From positions 992,001 to 1,056,000 of the forward strand of contig LSRY02000023.1 in NCBI GenBank assembly GCA_001643675.2: 64,000 bases of DNA, read 5' to 3'. This DNA is from Monocercomonoides exilis PA203. Its lineage: Eukaryota > Protista > Preaxostyla. The position numbers and the translations under genes are program-made. Of the stretch, positions 56,601 to 64,000 are shown piece by piece (within the stretch, counting starts at the first letter, position 1; every line of letters starts with the position of its first letter). Below the pieces are notes generated by a model. It had not been told where the DNA came from, searched no databases, and saw only the letters and a program-made list of their open reading frames with translations.

Positions 56601-56929
56601 TTCCAACTGCTTTGTCGGAATTGCCATTATTAATGTTATCTTCTTTTCCTTTTTAATTTTCTTCCTGCCTCTTTTCTTTCTCTTCTTTTTCTTCAAATCT
56701 TTAACACTCTGTTATTTTGGAATCTCCATTTTTCTTCCCAATTTGCTTTTGTTCCATCCAACAGCTCATTTTCCCAAAATTCTCCTTTAATAATTCACAT
56801 CAATTTTCTTTCAAAGTATATTTTGAAAGAAACAAATATTTTATCAATCTTTTTTATGCGTTTTTTCTCAATAAATACTTCTAAAAAAAATGTTTGAAAT
56901 GCAGGAAATGAAGGAGTTAAAGAAGTTTT

Positions 56930-57773
56930 TTCTGAATTTCTTGAACAATTATTGAATGAGGAGATTTCAACAGAAATTATTACAGAATCAGAATCTTGTA
57001 TCACAATGTTGTATCCTTTTAATAGCTTCACATCATCAGCTACAACCCAATTAAATGTAACTTCTTTGCTTTGTCCAATTTCAATGATATCTGATGTTGC
57101 CTCAATATGCTCTAATTTCACATTCATCAACGAAATCTGATCCCCACGAAGCACGAATGAAGGCTTGTAGAATGAAAGCATTGTTATCGAGCAGTTATCA
57201 ACATGCAGAACTTTATTTTCGATGGTTAACAATGTTGGATTGAGAATAACAGATTCAATATTTTCTGATTGGACAACCGAAGAAAAATAAACAGATGAAA
57301 GAGAAAGTTGTCCGTTTGTTTCATGAATGATTGAATTGCCTGAATATGAAAACGATTTCCCAAAATTGAATTTCAATCTTTCAATTCGAATATTCTCTGT
57401 GGTTGTGATAAGGCTTCCCGCATTGCTGACAATCGTTAAGTTCAGATTGATCAGAGCGGTTGAGGGAGATTTCAACGAGTGAATGCTAACATTTTGCAAA
57501 CTGCATTATCCATTGATGATGGTTTCCTCCGATATCAATAGTTGCGAATATGATGAAGGAATGATGTGTTGAACTCCAACATCCAATGAATAACAGGGAG
57601 CACTCAACTCTCCACATTGTTTGCTATCTGCGTGATTGTCTGCAGTTATAGACACAAATATCGTCTCACTCTGGTATCTCATAACCCTCAGCAGAAGATA
57701 TACTTCACCAATAAACGAGTCGGTTGTGCATCCCCACATCGCCAGCTCTTTCTCAAAAGGTGCTCAGAAATCT
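56930..57773 (-). pseudogene. Internal ectodomain fragment of the receptor-pseudokinase family captured in E1
   Basis: WGCTTDSFIGEVYLLLRVMRYQSETIFVS...DSKQCGELSAPCYSLDVGVQHIIPSSYSQLLISEETII matches the 2584-aa protein (~42130-42975); no signal peptide, TM or tail. Confidence 0.9.
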
Positions 57774-58672
57774 GTAACACATTTGAAACACTAAAAAAGA
57801 AAGTGTCAAAATTAATTAAACATAAAGAAAAACAAATAGCAAACCATCAATTTTTTAAAATAATTTTGTTCACTCCAACTTGTGCAAGCTGTATTTGCTT
57901 CCATGAAAGTTGATATTCAATCTGAGTTTAAAAAAATTCTGATTAAGTTAAAACTTAAGTGATCATCAGAATATTTGTTTATTCCTTTAAAAAATCTAAA
58001 CAAACCATGAACAATTCATGAAGTTGCAAATGCAAAATAGTTCAACATAATAAAACTCTTTTTCATTGTGAAACAAATAATTAAATTTTGATCAAAAAAT
58101 CAGATATATAATTTTTTGTGACAAAATGTTTTTTCTCATTTTGAAGTTTGCAATGAACTGATAAGCATTATAGTGAATTTTTTCGTTTTTGATGAGAATA
58201 ATGGTAACGGAATGAACAATAATTAACTTCAATGGGTCAAATATTTGATCTGATGTCACTTTTCAAAAAAATTTTGCCATTTCGATTGAAAATTTTTCGA
58301 TTTCGTTTGCAACTTTTTCGACTTTGAATAATAATTTTCGACTTTGAATGAAACTTTTTCGACTTCGAATGAAAACTTTCGACTTTGAATGAAAGTTTTC
58401 CGACTTTGAATTATTTTTGGTGTATCTATCCACAACAAAGCAATGCATTTGAAATCAAAGTCTTTCTTCAAATTTTTTGGGGGAAAAACGTTTGAAAAAT
58501 TTTTTATTTAAATGCAAATTTATTATTTCAAACGCAAATTTTTTGATTTTGAATTTATACTGATTTGTTTCAAAATAAAAATTATCATAAACATTATAAA
58601 TTTTAAAATAAATTAAATATTAACAAATATGAAACACAAGATACGATAGAACAATTAAAAAGTTGAGGAAAA

Positions 58673-61600
58673 TCAAATACGAGAAAAAGTAGTTGGAGCA
58701 ACAGAGAGTGCAAAAGGCATCATTGCAGTTGTAAAAGAAGATGATAAAAGAGGAGAATTGGCTGATGAGGCTTGTTTGAGTGCAAGAGGGTGAACAGATT
58801 GAAAGGAAACAAGAAGCAACAAAGCATGCTGCGGGAAAGGTAATTCAACGAACAGTGGGCTTACTGATTCACACAGTGGGAGAGCAAGAGAAAAAGCATG
58901 GGATGTACACATTAAGGAGGATGGGCGCGATGACGCAAAAGGATAGAAAGAGGAAGGAACAAAGGAAGCGGAAGTTGATGTCGAAGCTAAATATGAAGGG
59001 GTAGAAGTGTTCGGCAAAAGAGGAGACGAAGAAGATGGAGGAGAAGTACTTGGTGGTGGTGGAGATGCAGACATTTGTTGATGAAGTGAAGGAGATGACG
59101 AGCCTTCGCATGGAACAAAGAAAGACAAATGAAGCATCACAGGAATATGGCAATGCGACAAATAAGGCGAAAGAGACGAATTTCTGTTTGAAGGAAATGA
59201 GGATGTGGAAGGAGGAATACTTGAAGAGGCATAAGCAACATTTTGCGGGAATATTGGCGTAGATGGGAAAGAAGACATATAAGAGCGCTGGAAGAAAGGA
59301 GGAACTCGGATCTGAAAAACCAACCCCGACACCAAAGTGACTCTGCGAAAGTTGAATCTGAAAAGCTGCAGTCCAGTAGTCGAAGAAGAAACACTAGGAA
59401 GAATAGAAGATGGCACGTGATGATGGATATAATAGGAAGATGTGGGAGATGAAGATGAAGATGAGGAAGATGAGGAAGAAGATAAAATATTTGTTGCCGA
59501 ATGTTGATAAGAAGGAAACAAAGAGTGAAGAGGATGAGGAGGAGGAGATGAAGCATAGACTGATGCTAAGAGCGACAGCTGTTTGGGAGATGGCGGGACA
59601 AGATGTGATGACAGCACAGATGAAGCAAGATCGTAGGAAGACATGGTGGTTGGGCGAAGAATTGGGTTGATTGGAAAGCGATTTGACAGCGCAGCATCTG
59701 ACAAAGCAGGTGGAGTAATGAAAGTGGAGGAAAAGCCGCCCATCACCTGGATGCGAGACAGTCGAAGCGAATGAAGGGTAAGCTGAGAAGAAGCAGATGA
59801 GAGCATCCTTTCGTCAAAAAAGTGGTTGCAGCAAGGCGACGACGATGGCAAGGCAGAACAGGAGAGAGGAAAAGAAGCTGCGACTGAGCACGAAATTGAA
59901 GAAGACAGAAGAGGCTGTGCAGGGGAGAATGTGTGCAGTGGAAGTGGTGTAAAGTGGATGATTAGTGCCCGACAGAATGTGTACGGGAAAATTAAATCAA
60001 TACGTTCCGGCGAGTTCAACCTCGCAAGTGGTTTCAAAGGAGACAAAGGCTCTTGTGGGAAAGGTGAAAAAGAAAGTGGTATTGAAACATTTTTCATGTC
60101 AAAATTTGAAATCAACGCATTTGAAGAAGAAGATGATGATGACGATGATGAAGTTTGTTTTGTAAACGAAACAGTTGAGGGAAAAGAAGAGGAAAGCTGG
60201 AGAAGTGCTTGCTGTGTAAGATGGCTAATTGAATGCAACGGATAAACAGATACATCAAATGGGAGTTTTAAAGCTGTTTTTCTGTAGTCATCTTCTTTTT
60301 CCAATTGGCCTGAATATTGAATCATTCCCTGAAAGTCACAAAATCCAGAGGCAGGTGCAGAAATTGAAACAGATCGAATGAAACAAGAAGAAGATAGCAA
60401 AAGAACAAAGCTTAAAGAAGGCAAATACGGAGCAGATATCCAAGTTGAGTCAGAGGAAGATGTGGGCAATGGCAGAGGAGGGAGCAAAAGGATGGAAGCA
60501 GGAAGAGAAGGGTTGGCAGACGGAGGAGTGAGGAGAAAGTCTGAAGATGGCCAGAGAGAAACATCGGTGCAACCAGAAATATAGGAAGAGAGCAAAGGAT
60601 GTGGATTGTCGGCGGGTAAAGATGAAGAGACAACGTTTGAAAAATTGCTGTTTTTTGAATCGTTTTGCTGGGTTGAAGAATTCCACAGGGATCTTTGTGA
60701 AGACGAAAGCGACAAGTGTTTAGGGAGTTGCAAATGTTGATTAAATTGGATGGATCTCTGGTTGCATTGCTGTGAGCGTGTTAAGAAATTTACAAGAGAG
60801 GAAGCATTATCCGAATGGAGCAGCACTCCAAACAAATCTTCAACAGCTCTTTCTTTCTTTTCCATCAGCAGAATTTTTTTCTGTTTTGCTCGTTTTTCTT
60901 CTCTTTCAATAAGGAAAAAATATGGAAACAGGCTTCGCTGTAGTGCAATGTTCAGCTGGTGGAAGAAAGCACGAGAAAGCGAAGAGAGCAACGAGAAGAG
61001 CGAGGCAAACAAGGAATAGCATTCGGGGCACAAGAAATCATTTGAGAAAGGAAGAGCAGGGAAGAGGAGCGACAAGCTGCTTGGAGTTAGAATGGGGTCG
61101 TTGTTGTGTGTGAGTGACTCTGCCGCCAGCCCATCGTCAAAAAGCGGCAGGAGCTGCTCTTCCATTTGCTCGTTGCGAGCACCCGCAGTGTTTGAAGCGA
61201 TGCAGGTGTAGCACACAAGACGGGAGCAGAAGCGGCATTTGTGGAGAACAGAGGGCTGCTGAGAACAAACATAGCACGAATAAACAGGTGGAGTGGGCAG
61301 CATTTGGGATGAAAGTATCTGCGAAGACGGATATGTTGATGTTTGAGGCATTCCTGTTGTTTCTTGGCTTATTAAATGTGAAGCGGTTCTTTCATCGTTG
61401 TGAGGAGAAATCGATCGAATGGCATGTGGAGTGGAAATTGTTTGCTTTTTTGATGAATCAGAAAGTTGAATTGAGGATGTTCGACTCGATGCTGAATAAG
61501 AAGATGAAGAAGAAGAAAATGATCGAAGTAAATTCCCTTTTGAACTGTCTGTTTGCTGGTATGATGCAACAAATGAAGAAGACGTTGACGAAAGAGAAGA

Positions 61601-64000
61601 AGGTTCAGGAACTTTGTTTTCAGGTGGAGCGGCATTGGTAAGGTTGAGCGAGACATGAATCACAAACCGATAGAGAAGACCCCACAAATCATAAATGATC
61701 TTGCATTCTTCTTCCCACTCATCATACTTCAATCCAAACATTTTTATATTCTCTTCGTGTATTTGTTGTTGCATCTGTAGCTGTTTTTGATATTGTGTTG
61801 TTTTTAGCAAATCATTTCTGTCTTTTTCTGCTTCTTCTGAATCTTCTTCCTCATATGAGCCTGTCTCTCCTTCTCCTTCTCCTTCAAATTCTTCTTCCTC
61901 CTCCTCTTCGTATTCCGTTGAAACTGTTGGATCTTTGCTCACCACAGCCTCATCTCCTCCTTTTGCTGCTTCTGGATGAAGTGTTCTATGCTCAATGAAC
62001 ACCGTGTTGTCATCACCGTCTTTGTGCACTTTGAACTGTGACAGATCATCCACAGTAACTTCTTCATGTTGTTCGGTTGTGCTGCTGCTGAGATAAGATT
62101 TCGGATGCTTTTCTTCGCTTTCTGAGACAGATGTTTCTGCTTCTTCTTCTGTCAGATAATCCGCTGAGGCCGTTGAAGTTGATGAGGAAGAAGAAGAAGA
62201 GGATGAAGAAAGTGAGAGAGAAGAAGTGGAAGTGCTTAAAGAAGAAGATGAAGAAGAAGAAGTTGAAGAAGATATAGCGGTTGATGAAGATGACGAAGAT
62301 AAAGTTGATGTTGGAGCTTGTTGAATTGTCAATCGAGTTGGAACTTCATCAAGACGTTCAAAGGCATTCGTATTTTTGTCAGAAATGGAAGAAGAATTTG
62401 TTGGATCTGTTGATGAATTAGTATTTGAAAGAACAAGAGATGTCGAGGAGGAAGATGAGGAGGTGGAAGTTGAAGTTGAATAAGGAGTCAAGACAGATGT
62501 GATAGATGGCTCATATGCAGCAGCAGGTGTTGGATAGAAAGAAACAGGTGTTTGTAAAGTCAGCGAACGAGGTAATGGAGACGGCTGAACAAGAGATGAA
62601 AAGGCAAGAGAAGATGACAAAGAAGAAGAAGAAGATGATGATGAGGAGGAGGAGGATAAAGATAAAGATGATGATGATGATGATGAAAATGACGAAGAAG
62701 GAGAATGATTGTGTTTCAAGTTATGGAAGTGCTTTTCTCTTTCTGCCGAAAGAATATTCTCAATTGATGAGAATGCGTTGAAATAGGAGAATGTGAGTGA
62801 ATGTCTCAGAAGATGCACATGAACAGACCACACGAGAGAAGACAGGATGGTTCTGGGCGACGTCAAAAGAAGCTTCAGAGATTTGTAGCACATTTGCTGC
62901 GTCTCAACTGGAGTGCTTCTTTTGGCAAGTTGCTCGGACGATTGTTTGGTTTCTGGGTGTGGTGGGGACAATCCAATGTCTCTCTCGCCCGATGAAATAG
63001 AAGAAGAAGAAGAGGAGGAGGAAGAAGAGGAAGAAGAAGCCAAAGAAGATGGATGTGATTTGGACACAGCTGATCCGTCGTTTGGAAACAGAGGCAGGTC
63101 GCATGCAGACATCAGCAGCTCAGATATTGTTGGCTTATTCTTCTGCTCTGAATGTGAAGGCGAAGAAACCAATGAAGAAGGTTGAGGCTGTTGAGATGAC
63201 AGCTGCTGCTGCTGCTGTTGTTGTTGTTGTTGAGAAGGCTCCTGCAAATTTGGCAGAGAAGAAACAGAGCGGAATGAGGCTGGGGAGATTGGGGTGGGAG
63301 GAATTGCAGGTGAGTTTCTGGGTGATGTGGCGTGCTGCTGTGATGGATCAGGCACAAAGGGAGAAGTGGAGCCATTGCTGAGCTGCTTGGAGAGGTTGAA
63401 TGGCTGTGACAAGACAGAAGAAGCAGAGAAAGTGGAGGAGCCGCGCCGAGACGAGTGGCTGTCAGACTCAGCTGTGGGCTCAGAGTTGGACGAGATGGAA
63501 GAGGTGTGGAGAGGATGGTTGAATGACTGCGGATTGGAAGGGAGAAGAGATGAAGGAGAATATGAGGCATGTGATAGAGAAGAAAGAGATGAAGGAGAAG
63601 GTGGTGGATGTGCAGAAAGAAGGAGGTCGCGAGATACAGACGAAAAAAGCTGTTCTTTGAACTTCTTCTTCTGATAAGTCTCAATTTTCCGTTCTTTCTT
63701 TTCCATTTCCCGTTGATGTTGTGCTTCTTTACTTCGTTCTCTTTCTCTTTCTCTCTCCTTTTCTCTTTCCTCCTCCTCTTCTTCTGCATTTGCTTCCTCT
63801 TCCTCCTCAATCTGCTCTCTTGTTTTGAAGATTTCATCATACTGCTTCCTCAAAGATGGGCTTTGGAAAAGCGAATGGGCCGAAGTCGAAGAAATGCTTG
63901 TGGACTTGAAAAGAGGCTCGCCCCAAACAGAAATCTGTCCAATCAGCTGCGGTGCTGTTGATGACTGACCTTGGCGAACATGAGGAAAAGTGAAGGTGAG
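58673..64000 (-). CDS. Large Ser-rich protein with Cys-rich Zn-finger-like motif, probably the C-terminal part of a SAC9-like phosphoinositide phosphatase; 5' end lies outside the window
   Basis: Frame stays open from 64000 to the stop at 58673; CxxC...CRFCSRLVCYTC...LCPEC; segments LIGQISVWG, ILSAERE and WISAP..SLSFVLLL..IRSVSISAPASGF recall SAC9 C-terminal blocks (from memory). CDS is solid, identity tentative. Confidence 0.65.
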   Translation of the reverse strand, partial: LTFTFPHVRQGQSSTAPQLIGQISVWGEPLFKSTSISSTSAHSLFQSPSLRKQYDEIFKTREQIEEEEEANAEEEEEEREKERERERERSKEAQHQREMEKKERKIETYQKKKFKEQLFSSVSRDLLLSAHPPPSPSSLSSLSHASYSPSSLLPSNPQSFNHPLHTSSISSNSEPTAESDSHSSRRGSSTFSASSVLSQPFNLSKQLSNGSTSPFVPDPSQQHATSPRNSPAIPPTPISPASFRSVSSLPNLQEPSQQQQQQQQQQLSSQQPQPSSLVSSPSHSEQKNKPTISELLMSACDLPLFPNDGSAVSKSHPSSLASSSSSSSSSSSSSISSGERDIGLSPPHPETKQSSEQLAKRSTPVETQQMCYKSLKLLLTSPRTILSSLVWSVHVHLLRHSLTFSYFNAFSSIENILSAEREKHFHNLKHNHSPSSSFSSSSSSSLSLSSSSSSSSSSSSLSSSLAFSSLVQPSPLPRSLTLQTPVSFYPTPAAAYEPSITSVLTPYSTSTSTSSSSSSTSLVLSNTNSSTDPTNSSSISDKNTNAFERLDEVPTRLTIQQAPTSTLSSSSSSTAISSSTSSSSSSSLSTSTSSLSLSSSSSSSSSSTSTASADYLTEEEAETSVSESEEKHPKSYLSSSTTEQHEEVTVDDLSQFKVHKDGDDNTVFIEHRTLHPEAAKGGDEAVVSKDPTVSTEYEEEEEEEFEGEGEGETGSYEEEDSEEAEKDRNDLLKTTQYQKQLQMQQQIHEENIKMFGLKYDEWEEECKIIYDLWGLLYRFVIHVSLNLTNAAPPENKVPEPSSLSSTSSSFVASYQQTDSSKGNLLRSFSSSSSSYSASSRTSSIQLSDSSKKQTISTPHAIRSISPHNDERTASHLISQETTGMPQTSTYPSSQILSSQMLPTPPVYSCYVCSQQPSVLHKCRFCSRLVCYTCIASNTAGARNEQMEEQLLPLFDDGLAAESLTHNNDPILTPSSLSLLFPALPFSNDFLCPECYSLFASLFSLLSSLSRAFFHQLNIALQRSLFPYFFLIEREEKRAKQKKILLMEKKERAVEDLFGVLLHSDNASSLVNFLTRSQQCNQRSIQFNQHLQLPKHLSLSSSQRSLWNSSTQQNDSKNSNFSNVVSSSLPADNPHPLLSSYISGCTDVSLWPSSDFLLTPPSANPSLPASILLLPPLPLPTSSSDSTWISAPYLPSLSFVLLLSSSCFIRSVSISAPASGFCDFQGMIQYSGQLEKEDDYRKTALKLPFDVSVYPLHSISHLTQQALLQLSSSFPSTVSFTKQTSSSSSSSSSSNALISNFDMKNVSIPLSFSPFPQEPLSPLKPLARLNSPERIDLIFPYTFCRALIIHFTPLPLHTFSPAQPLLSSSISCSVAASFPLSCSALPSSSPCCNHFFDERMLSSASSQLTLHSLRLSRIQVMGGFSSTFITPPALSDAALSNRFPINPILRPTTMSSYDLASSVLSSHLVPPSPKQLSLLASVYASSPPPHPLHSLFPSYQHSATNILSSSSSSSSSSSSPTSSYYIHHHVPSSILPSVSSSTTGLQLFRFNFRRVTLVSGLVFQIRVPPFFQRSYMSSFPSTPIFPQNVAYASSSIPPSTSSFPSNRNSSLSPYLSHCHIPVMLHLSFFVPCEGSSSPSLHQQMSASPPPPSTSPPSSSSPLLPNTSTPSYLASTSTSASFVPSSFYPFASSRPSSLMCTSHAFSLALPLCESVSPLFVELPFPQHALLLLVSFQSVHPLALKQASSANSPLLSSSFTTAMMPFALSVAPTTFSRI

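Larger units (their letters stand above)
52841..58278. mobile_element. Element E1: 5.4-kb GG...CC non-autonomous element with chimeric cargo
   Basis: ATTT|GGGTAAATTTTTTTGAAAAGT ... ACTTTTCAAAAAAATTTTGCC|ATTT; the paralogous empty site TCGATTTCGATTG is present in C1 at ~14561-14573. Confidence 0.85.
52125..58422. mobile_element. Element C2: second copy of the foldback-like element, split by element E1
   Basis: TA|CACCAAAAATTATTCAAAATCG ... TTTGAATTATTTTTGGTG|TA; internal sequence near-identical to 13740-14570 (shared ORF MEGNKCYSFCLLF...). Confidence 0.9.

Overview
AT-rich eukaryotic DNA with short GT-AG introns and the standard genetic code. The gene families resemble those of oxymonad flagellates such as Monocercomonoides (my recognition, not a database result). 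(1) 1.2-29 kb and 52-58 kb are nests of terminal-inverted-repeat (TIR) DNA transposons, most delimited by TIRs plus target-site duplications (TSDs). They include two decayed DD35D pogo/Fot-type transposase elements, MITEs, a foldback element with tandem-repeat TIRs, and several non-autonomous elements of three end types: GGG...CCC with ATNT TSD, GG...CC with 8-bp TSD, and TAG...CTA with 8-bp TSD. These carry captured host gene pieces, some retaining introns ('Pack'-type elements). (2) 30-47.7 kb holds two convergent ~2,600-2,700 aa receptor-like genes (signal peptide, Cys-rich GGA[IL] beta-helix-like ectodomain, one TM helix, pseudokinase-like tail). Their 3' ends form a ~5.9 kb palindrome, so the two genes have different ectodomains on almost identical intracellular parts. 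(3) A spliced helical-repeat-family gene lies at 50-51.6 kb, and a probable SAC9-like gene runs off the right end. The strongest candidate system is TIR-element-mediated capture and dispersal of host gene-family modules, including a receptor ectodomain module, together with palindrome-driven homogenisation of the receptor tails.
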